NCBI GenBank assembly: GCA_048887225.1 | Contig: JBHLJY010000002.1 | Span: 256,001-320,000 of the forward strand | DNA from: Candidatus Hodarchaeota archaeon | Lineage (GTDB): Archaea > Asgardarchaeota > Lokiarchaeia > Sigyniarchaeales > SOKP01 | Length of the DNA: 64,000 bases | Direction of reading: 5' to 3' | Shown here: piece by piece, positions 30,599-40,554 of the stretch | Layout of the letters: each line of letters opens with the position of its first letter | Position numbering within the stretch: position 1 is the first letter of the stretch | Position numbers and translations under genes: made by a program | Notes under the pieces: generated by a model | Told to the model about the DNA's origin: nothing | Database searches by the model: none | What the model saw: the letters and a program-made list of their open reading frames with translations, nothing else

Positions 30599-31972
30599 TT
30601 ACCATTTATAAAATCCTATTAATTGAAAAATCATTGTTTGAATAAAAACTAAGATTAACAATTTATTCTTTTCAGATAAAGAAAAATCCCTCTCGTTTAA
30701 ATAGAATGCTACAGGAAATAATAAAAATGGATAAATATAAGAACACCCCCTTGCGGTTTCACCAGTTTTATATACACCTAATAAAAAAAGAGACAATAAA
30801 ACAACAATAGCAGAACTCATCAATAAATAATAATCTGAAAATTCACTTTTCAATATAGAATTACCTCGTAGAAACAATAGAAAGAGAAATGGTCCAAAAA
30901 AAAACAGAATTTCTAAAATATTCTCAACTCTGCTAACAAAATACCCAAATGGATCTGCAAATAACCAAAATCCTTCAGGATTTTCTTGTTGACTCGCATA
31001 TAGAAAAGAAGCTATGTAGTTAAAATTGAATAAAACTAAAAATACGACGTATACTAAAATTAAGCTCATAGAAATTAAAAATATATTCTTAAAATTCGTT
31101 ACTCTCTTATTTTTATAAGATTTTATCATTTCAAAACAGAATAAAACACCCAAAATAAAAACTACCATGAAAGTCAAAAACGCTATTAAAAAGAGACAAG
31201 TAATTGTACCAATCAGGTTTATTCTATTATCCGGATGCATATAGAAATAAATAACTCCAAGAATTAGGGTTGCTATGATTGCGTAGTTATTAGCTAAATA
31301 GTATATTTGAATAGCTGGAAGAAGTAAAAACAAAAAAGTCATATAGAGAGCTAGATCATCATTAATTACTCTTTTCAGAATCCCATACAAAAAAAAAGCC
31401 GAAAAAATCGTCGAAATAACAAGTATCGCAAGCGATATTAAAGCTGGAAATACAAAGATTTTATATAGAAGATAGTATAATAGGACAGCTCCAGGAGGAT
31501 GTGTTCTCGAATGAAGCTCTAAACTATGTTGCCGTTGATTAAAAGTTCTTAAGAATTCAAGTGGATCCTCAATTTCTATTGCATCCCAATAGTATGTTAA
31601 TCCTCCAGAGCCCTCAGTAGGACTTACAAAACCTTTCCAGAGCCCATGGAATATATTTGTACCTATTATCAGTAAAATTCCTATAATTATCACAATGTAG
31701 AGCTTAAATTCATATTTGGATCTTAATTTTAAGATTAATAAAAAAGATATGAATACTATGGCTGCTATTATTATTCCGAAGATTGTGGGAATAATTGGCT
31801 CTACTTTTCCAATAGGCCAATATCGACCTACGGTTCTGTTAAAGAATGACGAGATTAATTTAAAGAGTAAATTAACACCAATCCAAAAACCTACAAATAT
31901 TAAAGTAATGAATGTAATTTCCTTGTAGCTAAAGAGTTCAAAATTGTTTTTTTTTACTTCAGTATCAGCCAT
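30599..31972 (-). CDS. Multi-pass membrane protein, putative GT-C (PMT_2/GT39-like) glycosyltransferase
   Basis: About 10 TM segments; YYWDA...HSRTHPPG loop; GETARG near the C-terminus. Confidence 0.55.
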   Translation of the reverse strand: MADTEVKKNNFELFSYKEITFITLIFVGFWIGVNLLFKLISSFFNRTVGRYWPIGKVEPIIPTIFGIIIAAIVFISFLLILKLRSKYEFKLYIVIIIGILLIIGTNIFHGLWKGFVSPTEGSGGLTYYWDAIEIEDPLEFLRTFNQRQHSLELHSRTHPPGAVLLYYLLYKIFVFPALISLAILVISTIFSAFFLYGILKRVINDDLALYMTFLFLLLPAIQIYYLANNYAIIATLILGVIYFYMHPDNRINLIGTITCLFLIAFLTFMVVFILGVLFCFEMIKSYKNKRVTNFKNIFLISMSLILVYVVFLVLFNFNYIASFLYASQQENPEGFWLFADPFGYFVSRVENILEILFFFGPFLFLLFLRGNSILKSEFSDYYLLMSSAIVVLLSLFLLGVYKTGETARGCSYIYPFLLFPVAFYLNERDFSLSEKNKLLILVFIQTMIFQLIGFYKW

Positions 31973-32151
31973 TTTAGAATAATAATATCCTCTTAAATAA
32001 ATTCTTATTTAAAATAGAGTGAAATTTAACCAATAAATAAAATAAGAAATTGTCTATTATTCTTCATGTGGTCAAATATACATTTTTAAATTAATCATTC
32101 TTAATTCATACTATATGGTAAATACACAAATAAGCTATTGACACAAATTTT

Positions 32152-33456
32152 ATGTCACTACAAGGAAAATTTAAAAACAAATCCCCAGAAAGTCAAAAAA
32201 AGAAAGAAATTTTGGTCATTACGTTTGTTGGTGTTATAATTCTTTCATCGATATTCATTTACACGTATGTTATAAATTATCCAATAGAATTGTCAAATTT
32301 TCCTAGCATAAGAATCGTATCTACGGATGAGATTCCATTCGGTGAATACACTGAATGTACTGTTGAAGTAGATCGTAATGATGGATCTAATGTTAAGGAG
32401 TTAAAAGGAAGAATAAAAATTAGAGGTCATACGAATGCAAAGGATAAAATTCCTAAAAAAGAATACCGTTTAGAGCTTAATCAACGGAAATCTCTACTTG
32501 GGATGCGGGTCGATGATGACTGGCTTTTATTGGCTATGTATTTCGATTTCCCGCGCATGCGCGTTAAAATGTCTTTTGATTTATGGCGTAGTCTCTCATT
32601 TATGAATCCTACTACAATATTACCTGATTCTGAATATGTAACATTGTATATAAATGGAGATTTTGAAGGACTTTATCTCTTAACCGAAGAAATTGATAGA
32701 AGGCTACTTGGTTTAGACGATCCTCAAAATAATAATAATTCAAGCCTTCTTTTTCAATTAAAAAGGTCAGAAGATCTTACTGCATATTATAGGGGTAAGT
32801 GGGATCAAGATTGGCCTAACGAGGATGAAGGATATTATATGATAGATTATGTTTTACCTGATTTAATTAATTTCATATCTCAATCAAATAATGATGAATT
32901 TTTTGATACTGAAACAGGAATTTATTCATTATTTGATAAAATGAATTTAATCGATTTTCTAATCTTTAATATATTTATAAATCATAAAGATTTTTGGGAT
33001 ACAAACTACTATATAGCTAGAAATACTAATCCCAGTAAATTTTTTCTCGTTCCTTGGGATTTTGATGGAAGTTTTGGACAACGTGGGTGGGTAGTTTTTG
33101 ATTTTAATGAAAATAATGAAATAAATATTCTTAATGATAATTATCTTTATAAAAGATTGCTCAACAATAAAGAATTTCGGCGTGAGTGTAGCGCTCGTTG
33201 GATTTTCTTAAGAGATGTTCTCTGGACAGAAGAATTTATCACCGATATGTTAACAGACATTTATGAAGATATAAAGCCTTTAATTGAGTTAGATACAAGG
33301 AAATGGAAACCAATAACCGTTGAACATGAGTCGTTGATTGTTAATCGTTATCTACATAGTACAAAAGATTTTAATCTTGAAGAATTTATTGATGAGTTAT
33401 ACCAGTTTATACCTCATCGATTAGAATTCTGTGATGATTATTTCAATAATTTATGA
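32152..33456 (+). CDS. CotH kinase family protein, N-terminally membrane anchored (paralogue 1)
   Basis: KIRG, PKKEYRLEL, LLGMRVDDDWLL, GLYLLTE, HKDFWDTNYY, PWDFDGSFG; basic N-terminus plus TM helix. Confidence 0.92.
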   Translation: MSLQGKFKNKSPESQKKKEILVITFVGVIILSSIFIYTYVINYPIELSNFPSIRIVSTDEIPFGEYTECTVEVDRNDGSNVKELKGRIKIRGHTNAKDKIPKKEYRLELNQRKSLLGMRVDDDWLLLAMYFDFPRMRVKMSFDLWRSLSFMNPTTILPDSEYVTLYINGDFEGLYLLTEEIDRRLLGLDDPQNNNNSSLLFQLKRSEDLTAYYRGKWDQDWPNEDEGYYMIDYVLPDLINFISQSNNDEFFDTETGIYSLFDKMNLIDFLIFNIFINHKDFWDTNYYIARNTNPSKFFLVPWDFDGSFGQRGWVVFDFNENNEINILNDNYLYKRLLNNKEFRRECSARWIFLRDVLWTEEFITDMLTDIYEDIKPLIELDTRKWKPITVEHESLIVNRYLHSTKDFNLEEFIDELYQFIPHRLEFCDDYFNNL

Positions 33457-33619
33457 AAAGTATACCTAGGACCTAATTTTGGCAAAAAATCTATTTTTCT
33501 CTTAAATTGAAAGAGGAAACAGCTAAAGTTTTAATTGCTGCGTCTTTAAATTCATTAAATGTGTTAAATTTTGGTTTAAAAAAAAATTAATAATCTTAGT
33601 TAAATTTATTCTCAAAAAA

Positions 33620-34783
33620 ATGAAAGTTCTGTTAACGTTTACGTATGATGTATCTTTAGAAATATGGGAAAAAAAAGGGCTTATCTCTCGTGAAGTCTCT
33701 ATATATAAGGAGCTTAGCAAAAAAAATGTTGAGATCTCCTTTTTGACTTATGGTACTGATACTGATCTTAAGTACTCGGATTTGTTGGGAGATTTGAAAA
33801 TTTATCCTATATTCAATTATATTAGATCTAAATCAACGATTTTACAATTTATTAAATCTCTTCTTTTACCTTTAAAGCTGAGAAATGTAATAAAAGAGTT
33901 TGATATAATTAAAACTAATCAAGTTTATGGAAGTTGGATTTCATTTATTTCTAAAATATTATTTAAAAAGAGAATTATTATCAGATCCGGATTTGAATGG
34001 TTAAGCGGACATAGGACTTTTTTTAACAAAAAAGGAATAAAACAATTTATTAAATATTTACTTATGTATGTATATATTTTTATCATTGAATTCCTCTCAT
34101 ATAAAATGGCTGATGGAATTATCGTGACTGGAGATTATGATATTCCCTTTATCGTTAAATGTTTTAGATTGAAGAGCAAGTATAAAAAAAATAAAATTCG
34201 TCTATTTTATAATTTTATTGATGATATTTTATTCAAACCAACTTCATATGAAAAAAAAGATAAACATATTCTTTTTATTGGTAGATTATCTTACGAAAAA
34301 AATCTCTTTAACCTATTAGAAGCATTTAAAGAGTTGAATGGATTTGTTTTAGATATTATAGGAACGGGACCTGTAGAAGAAAAATTGAAACTTAAAGCAA
34401 AGAAACTGGGCATAAATGCAAACTTTCTTGGTATTATTCCAAATAATGAGATGCCTGAAAAAATAAATCAATATCAAATATTTATCTTACCATCTTTTTC
34501 AGAAGGAAACCCTAAAGCATTATTAGAAGCAATGAGTTGTGGAGTTGCTTGCATAGGTACAAATGTTAAAGGGATTAATAACATAATCAAACATAAACAA
34601 AATGGATATTTATGTGAAAAATCTCCTATTTCAATTAAAAAAGCAATTTTAAACCTTTATAATGATGAAAATTTCCGAAAAAAATTGGGGAAAAATGCAA
34701 GAAAATTTATTTTAGATAACTGTTCATTAACTTCTCTAGTCGAAAAAGAATATTTATTTTATCAAGAAATTTTAAGAAGATAA
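33620..34783 (+). CDS. Glycosyltransferase family 4
   Basis: GRLSYEKN, PSFSEGNPKALLEAMSCG. Confidence 0.92.
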   Translation: MKVLLTFTYDVSLEIWEKKGLISREVSIYKELSKKNVEISFLTYGTDTDLKYSDLLGDLKIYPIFNYIRSKSTILQFIKSLLLPLKLRNVIKEFDIIKTNQVYGSWISFISKILFKKRIIIRSGFEWLSGHRTFFNKKGIKQFIKYLLMYVYIFIIEFLSYKMADGIIVTGDYDIPFIVKCFRLKSKYKKNKIRLFYNFIDDILFKPTSYEKKDKHILFIGRLSYEKNLFNLLEAFKELNGFVLDIIGTGPVEEKLKLKAKKLGINANFLGIIPNNEMPEKINQYQIFILPSFSEGNPKALLEAMSCGVACIGTNVKGINNIIKHKQNGYLCEKSPISIKKAILNLYNDENFRKKLGKNARKFILDNCSLTSLVEKEYLFYQEILRR

Positions 34784-34805
34784 ACCAAAAATTTAGCAGA
34801 TACAA

Positions 34806-35597
34806 ATGAAGAGAATCTTGGTAAATATCATTAGAAATGTATATATTTGTTTAAGCTATAAGTTAAATCAAAGAAGAGGATTAAGGAAATTCATATACGA
34901 AATTTATGAATTGATAAGATTTGTTGAATTTAAATTAAAAAATTTATTTTTGAAAAAATTTACCATTGAGTATATAATACATGTAAATCCTGAGAAAATA
35001 ATATATCAGAAAAACTTACAGAAAGGAAATTGGTTACTTTTCTTAAAATTTATACAGCCTTTACTAAATATAAGGTTTAATTATTCAATGCAAGTAATTA
35101 ATGGAAATTGGGATCTAAAGGAAAATTTACAATTATTTAATGAAAATATAAAATATAAATCATATTATCAACATTTTATAGAAGGAGTTGAATGGAAATA
35201 TACTGAATATTATAAGAGAGAAAAAAAGAGATATTTAGACGGGAAAGTTAGAAAAGAATATAAATCAATAGAGGATCTCGATTTAAAATATAGATACTTT
35301 GACAAATTATATCGAAAAATTGAGAGGGAAGGTTTTAAATCTCAACGAGAAATAATTAAATCCGAGGGCATTATCACAAATCATGGTCGAGGTGTTGTAA
35401 TAAGAAAACCAGGCGACGATATAGCCATTGCCATTGGAAGAAATGGGGAATTAATCTTTTTGGATGGAAGACATAGACTTAATATAGTTAAAATGCTATA
35501 TATTCAAAACCGGAATATTAAAAAAATACCTGTTCGCGTCTTAGTTATTCATCCAGAGTTTATATCAAGCTTAGAAAAAAAATCTAAGGATTTCTAA
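34806..35597 (+). CDS. ParB/sulfiredoxin-like N-terminal domain protein
   Basis: GNWD, LYRKIEREGF, IAIGRNGELIFLDGRHRL, IPVRV...H. Confidence 0.65.
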   Translation: MKRILVNIIRNVYICLSYKLNQRRGLRKFIYEIYELIRFVEFKLKNLFLKKFTIEYIIHVNPEKIIYQKNLQKGNWLLFLKFIQPLLNIRFNYSMQVINGNWDLKENLQLFNENIKYKSYYQHFIEGVEWKYTEYYKREKKRYLDGKVRKEYKSIEDLDLKYRYFDKLYRKIEREGFKSQREIIKSEGIITNHGRGVVIRKPGDDIAIAIGRNGELIFLDGRHRLNIVKMLYIQNRNIKKIPVRVLVIHPEFISSLEKKSKDF

Positions 35598-35599
35598 TT

Positions 35600-36781
35600 A
35601 TGAATATTTTATATTTCGCACATTACTTTCCACCTCATAGTGGAGCTGCGGCAATATGTACTCATAAAATATCTGCATATCTTGCTAAATTTGGTCATAA
35701 TATATTAGTATTAGCCCCAGAGAATAAAGGTAAATTTTTTAAAGGAAAGGCTTCCAGGGTATTTAATAATATAGAAGTAATTAATTCAAATCAAATTGTT
35801 AGATTTCCTTTTAGCTTAATTATTTCGCATATAGAGAATCTTATTAAATTCTTAACAAAATTAAAAGCTAATTTTCGACCCGATATAATTTTTTCTCAAT
35901 ATCATACATTTCATTACGCAAGTGTAGTTGGGGGATATTTATCTAAGATTCTAAAAATCCCTCATATTATTAGATCTCACGATATTTTTATTGATTTAAA
36001 AACAAAATCAGTCCCTTTTAAAATTATCTTTTCAATTAATTACCCTCGAATATATCATTCGATTTGTAATTGCGATATAGACTATGTTCAAACATCAGAA
36101 ATGAAGGAATATTTATCAAAATTTAGAAAGTTTAAAGACGTTAGTTTTAGAATCCTCCATAATGGAATTGAAACTCAACAGTTTTATCCTCATAGAAACC
36201 AAGATTTTTTTAAAGATAAGTATGGATGTGATATAATTGTTTCATTTATTGGGCTAATGACACAGGATATAGGGATTCATAATTTTATTCAAATTTTACC
36301 AGAGGTATTAAAAACTCATAAGGATACTCATTTATTAATGATTGGAGATGGTCCTTATAAAAATTTTGTTTTAAAACTTGTAAAAAAACTCCAACTTAAT
36401 AAAAAGGTTCATTTTTTAGGAATTAGACCACATCATGAAATACCCTTTTTTATCAATAATTGCGACATTGGAATAGGACGCATTACTCATAAAGAAATGT
36501 GGAGATATTTTATACCCGTAAAGTGTTTGGAGTACATGGCTTGCCAAAAACCCTTTATAACTACACCAATTTCTCGAGATGCCATTAAAAATAATGATGT
36601 TGGACTTATATTAAAAAGAGATTTTAATAATAAAGAGCTTGTTACGAAACTTATTATGTTAATTGAAGACAAAAGCTTGCGAACAAAATTGGGAGAAAAT
36701 GGATTAAAAAAAATCAATCAAAATTTTAAATGGGAAGCCATTATGGAAGATTTTAATACCGATCTAGAAGAAATCAAGTAA
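35600..36781 (+). CDS. Glycosyltransferase family 4
   Basis: YFPPHSGAAA, HNGI, GDGP, PVKCLEYMA. Confidence 0.9.
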   Translation: MNILYFAHYFPPHSGAAAICTHKISAYLAKFGHNILVLAPENKGKFFKGKASRVFNNIEVINSNQIVRFPFSLIISHIENLIKFLTKLKANFRPDIIFSQYHTFHYASVVGGYLSKILKIPHIIRSHDIFIDLKTKSVPFKIIFSINYPRIYHSICNCDIDYVQTSEMKEYLSKFRKFKDVSFRILHNGIETQQFYPHRNQDFFKDKYGCDIIVSFIGLMTQDIGIHNFIQILPEVLKTHKDTHLLMIGDGPYKNFVLKLVKKLQLNKKVHFLGIRPHHEIPFFINNCDIGIGRITHKEMWRYFIPVKCLEYMACQKPFITTPISRDAIKNNDVGLILKRDFNNKELVTKLIMLIEDKSLRTKLGENGLKKINQNFKWEAIMEDFNTDLEEIK

Positions 36782-38786
36782 GGAAATAACAATCTTCATA
36801 CTCAAACAATACATGTACATCATTCTCATATAAATTTGTAAAACGCATATCGCTAGTAAAATTGTATAATTCTGTTGAGCTCACTTTCTCTAGATCTAGT
36901 AAAACATATTCGATATTTTTATCTATTATATATTTTTTTATTTCTATTATATTATTCTTACCAGCTCTGAATTTCCAATCATAAAGTTTATAAGTACTTA
37001 ATAGGCTGTGGAGTGCATCACCATAATCATCATAAAAATGAACTAATATTTTCGAGTCTTCTGGAATGTTATCTTTAATATAGAAAATTGTTTCAAAATG
37101 TTCCTCTTCAAAATAAACGTGATAATAAACGTTGCGATGGACTATAAAGGTAGAAAAAACCGATATAAGAAGTAATGTAATCACAATATTTTCAATTTTA
37201 AAAAAATTCGAGCTCTTTAATAGATTTTTATAACGGGGATAGTTGTTTCTAAGGTATAGAGTAATAATCTTAGCTTTTTTGATAATTAATTCTATAATAA
37301 AACAACAAAAGATTATAATTGGTCCCGTAAAAGCCTCCAAAATTCTAGGTATAAACCAAATAAGACTTTGGGCAAATATCGTAGGGGATTCAGAGAATAA
37401 AAGATCTCCCACATAAAATCCAATTATAACAATGAGGGAAAATTTTCCAAAATTAATTAAATCTCGATTTTTTTTCCCAAAATACCTTTTTATTGGTAAG
37501 AATAATCCTATAATAGTAAAAATAATGAAAAAGGAGAACACACGTTTTTCTAAATCTCTAAATATAGAGATTACATCATTATTTGGGATTATATCTTTTA
37601 GAATATCAGAAAAATCAAAATTCAGTAAAATCGTATTTAAACTTAATAAATTAAGATTTTTCGATAAGTATATTGTTGGAATTCCAAAAATTATAGAAAA
37701 AGCGTTTAGCAATTCAATGAAAGTTATGTTAAGAACGATCATTGTATGGAAAACGAAAGTCAATAATAGTATTAAGATCAAAATTATTGGTTTAATTGTG
37801 TATTCCATTAAAGTAATTCTTAGGGGGTAATGTTTAGAAATTAATTTAAATAAGATTAATAATCCCCAAACAATAATATAGCCAAACGCATAAAGCGGGT
37901 TAAATAGAAACATTAATTGAACGAAAAAAGCCGTTAAATAAAAAGGGCATTTTGATCGGAGAATAATTAAAGTTACAAGTATCATTATTGTAGGGAAATT
38001 TGAAGAAGTGTTCAAACAAAACCGAGAGAATAATATATTTGACATTAAAGTTAAAACTAATCCTATTAAAACTAAATAATTTTTTTCAAAGATTCTCTTC
38101 AATAGTGTTGCCATAATAATAATGTAAAAAGACATAATAGGTATACCAGCGAATTTAAAATACAAATAAGCAAAACCAAAATTTGGATTTATTAATACTG
38201 GAGCAACAATAAAAATAACAAAACCTCTCGGATAATGAATTCCGTGACGAGCTCTCCAAATATGCCCTTTCTCAAGTAGATGCCACATATGCCCCATCCA
38301 CCCATATGTATCTAGTGATGGAAGTGCGTATTCTTGAGTTATAACCCTCCATTGAACCGCAACTTGAATAAATATGATAAAAATCACAATTATTATTAAA
38401 GAGATTAAATCCCGTGGGTTCTTCTTAAATCTCCTCTTGATTGAATTAATAAAATCATTAACCTTATCTCTTGTTAATTTTTTACGATATATTAAAAACA
38501 AAACAAATAAAATATCTATTATTATAAGTGAGAGGTAGGCTGAGTAAAAATTAAAAAAGTGGAAAATATCTAAAATGAAACTTAATGAAATATAAATTGA
38601 CAAACCAATTCCAAATGATATTAAAAAAATTTCTAAAAAATTAATGTCCCAATCCTTCTTATTGATTTTTTTCAAAAAATAAAAGAAAATATATCCAAAA
38701 ACCGATATTAAAAATACGAAAAGGAAAAACGTTAAAGCAACTAATACCATATTAAAAAAGAGCCACTCTGGAGCTGTATTCACCAT
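36774..38786 (-). CDS. Multi-pass membrane protein, GT-C/STT3-like, paralogue 3
   Basis: LDTYGW...YPRG; C-terminal IKDNIPEDSKILVHFYDDYG...IEYVLL...LYENDVH. Confidence 0.6.
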   Translation of the reverse strand: MVNTAPEWLFFNMVLVALTFFLFVFLISVFGYIFFYFLKKINKKDWDINFLEIFLISFGIGLSIYISLSFILDIFHFFNFYSAYLSLIIIDILFVLFLIYRKKLTRDKVNDFINSIKRRFKKNPRDLISLIIIVIFIIFIQVAVQWRVITQEYALPSLDTYGWMGHMWHLLEKGHIWRARHGIHYPRGFVIFIVAPVLINPNFGFAYLYFKFAGIPIMSFYIIIMATLLKRIFEKNYLVLIGLVLTLMSNILFSRFCLNTSSNFPTIMILVTLIILRSKCPFYLTAFFVQLMFLFNPLYAFGYIIVWGLLILFKLISKHYPLRITLMEYTIKPIILILILLLTFVFHTMIVLNITFIELLNAFSIIFGIPTIYLSKNLNLLSLNTILLNFDFSDILKDIIPNNDVISIFRDLEKRVFSFFIIFTIIGLFLPIKRYFGKKNRDLINFGKFSLIVIIGFYVGDLLFSESPTIFAQSLIWFIPRILEAFTGPIIIFCCFIIELIIKKAKIITLYLRNNYPRYKNLLKSSNFFKIENIVITLLLISVFSTFIVHRNVYYHVYFEEEHFETIFYIKDNIPEDSKILVHFYDDYGDALHSLLSTYKLYDWKFRAGKNNIIEIKKYIIDKNIEYVLLDLEKVSSTELYNFTSDMRFTNLYENDVHVLFEYEDCYFLT

Positions 38787-38940
38787 TATTTACAGTTTCT
38801 CTTAATATAAAATTCTCTTGTTAATTTCTTTACCAAATATTATCTTCTAAAAATATTTTAGCTTATTAAAAGTTCAGCCTTATAATCATTTAAAAAAAAG
38901 ATATTTTTATTAGATTAAAAACTATTTAACTTGAACAAGT

Positions 38941-39714
38941 ATGAGTAAAGGATTAATCCCAAAAATGTTTCAGAAGTATTTTAATCGCTTTGAGATTAAA
39001 TATAGAATTTCTATTCCTGAACGGGATAATTTAATCGACAATTTCAGACCATTCATGGAATTAGATCCTCATGTTAAGAAGGGCTATAAAAATTATGAGG
39101 TAAGAAGTGTTTATTTTGATTCTCCACTTAAAAGAGCATATTTTGAAAAAATTTATGGGATTAAAGTTAGGGTTAAGTTGCGAATTCGATATTATCCTGA
39201 TTTTCAAGTTGGTGAGAATGAATTAGTTTTTATTGAACTTAAACGTAAAATTAATGATAATGTTTCAAAGAGCCGGGTTTTAGTTCCATTTGCAGATTCA
39301 TTTGAAATTATTAACAGCCATACCCAAAAAGCGAAAGAATTTTATGAAAAAGCCTCTCAAGAGGATAGAGAAAAATTAAATGATATATGGTATCTTTATG
39401 ATAGATATAATTTAAAACCAGTTTGTATGGTGTGGTATCATAGACGACCATTCATTTCTAAGATTGAACAAGGACGATTTAGAATAACATTTGATACCAG
39501 CGTTAAGGTTCGAAACCATAATTTTGATTTGCATATGGGAGGGATTGGTGGTAGATATGTAATACCACCTCAAATATGCATAATGGAAATAAAATTTACT
39601 AATATGATCCCTGCTTGGGCAATTCGTATAGTACAGAAGAATAATGTAATCCAAGAAAAGATGAGCAAATTTGCCAGCGGATTAGAAAGAACAAAAATTC
39701 TGAGCATCTTATAA
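38941..39714 (+). CDS. VTC domain (polyphosphate polymerase, CYTH/TTM fold) protein
   Basis: RFEIKY, VRSVYFDS, KLRIRYY, FIELKRK, RITFD, IMEIKF, SKF. Confidence 0.92.
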   Translation: MSKGLIPKMFQKYFNRFEIKYRISIPERDNLIDNFRPFMELDPHVKKGYKNYEVRSVYFDSPLKRAYFEKIYGIKVRVKLRIRYYPDFQVGENELVFIELKRKINDNVSKSRVLVPFADSFEIINSHTQKAKEFYEKASQEDREKLNDIWYLYDRYNLKPVCMVWYHRRPFISKIEQGRFRITFDTSVKVRNHNFDLHMGGIGGRYVIPPQICIMEIKFTNMIPAWAIRIVQKNNVIQEKMSKFASGLERTKILSIL

Positions 39715-39751
39715 TAAAGTTTTTTTATAATATTTAATAGGTTTTAATAGA

Positions 39752-40519
39752 ATGATATTTCAAAATATTGTTTTTGATGCGATTGATGCCTTTCTTGAAG
39801 AATCGTTTAGAAACATCGGGACAGATATTAATCTTTTAGATGTTGGTCTTGTTTTATTTTGGAGTATCTTCTTATCTTTTATTATCGCAATCACTTATAG
39901 AGGAACTCACAGGGGCGTTTCATACAGCTCAAATTTTACTCAAAACTTAGTAATAATTGGATGCGTTGTTGGAATTGTAATGTTAGTCATCGGGACAAAT
40001 ATTGCCAGAGCATTCACTTTAGTGGGGGCCCTTTCAATTATCAGATTTAGGACTGCGATAAAAGATCCGAAAGATGTTGGATTTATTTTTTTTGTAATGG
40101 TTGTTGGAATGGCCTGTGGAACTAAATTCTATCCAGTTGCTATAATAACGACTTTTGTGGGATGTGGATTAATTTATTTTATGACTTATTCCAATTTTGG
40201 ACAAAAAGGTTTAGCACAGGATATATTAGAAATGTACTTTCCTATAACTGAGGATTACGCAAAAATTTTAAGTCCTATTTTTGTACGCCATTTGAAATAT
40301 TACTCTCTTTTATCTGTGGATACAGTTGATAGTAAAACAAATCGCTTGAGTTTCATTGTTACTTTTAAAGCAAGGAGAAAATTATTAAATTTTAAAAACA
40401 AAAGAGAAGTTTTTGATGACTCGCTTACTCCAAAATCCGCATTATTGTCAGATTTGCAAAGTATTGCTTATATTACCAATATAAAAGTAATAGAAGGTTC
40501 CACCTCTGTGGAATTATAA
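39752..40519 (+). CDS. DUF4956 domain membrane protein
   Basis: TM helices with IGTNIARAFTLVGALSIIRFRTAIKDPKD...GMACG; directly follows the VTC gene. Confidence 0.9.
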   Translation: MIFQNIVFDAIDAFLEESFRNIGTDINLLDVGLVLFWSIFLSFIIAITYRGTHRGVSYSSNFTQNLVIIGCVVGIVMLVIGTNIARAFTLVGALSIIRFRTAIKDPKDVGFIFFVMVVGMACGTKFYPVAIITTFVGCGLIYFMTYSNFGQKGLAQDILEMYFPITEDYAKILSPIFVRHLKYYSLLSVDTVDSKTNRLSFIVTFKARRKLLNFKNKREVFDDSLTPKSALLSDLQSIAYITNIKVIEGSTSVEL

Positions 40520-40554
40520 TTTTTTTTACAACATATTATTCATACTTATGGAAG

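Noticed and set aside
33495-33519. Possible hairpin TTTTCTCTT-N7-AAGAGGAAA after CotH-1
   Set aside because: Weak AU-rich stem with a G-U pair and no following U-tract; expected by chance.
34806-35597. ParB as a sign of a plasmid or prophage
   Set aside because: No ParA, HTH, integrase, transposase, replication or phage genes anywhere in the window.
36774-38786. Calling this gene (or its paralogues) aglB
   Set aside because: No true WWDYG or DK motif; only remote resemblance, so reported as STT3-like.
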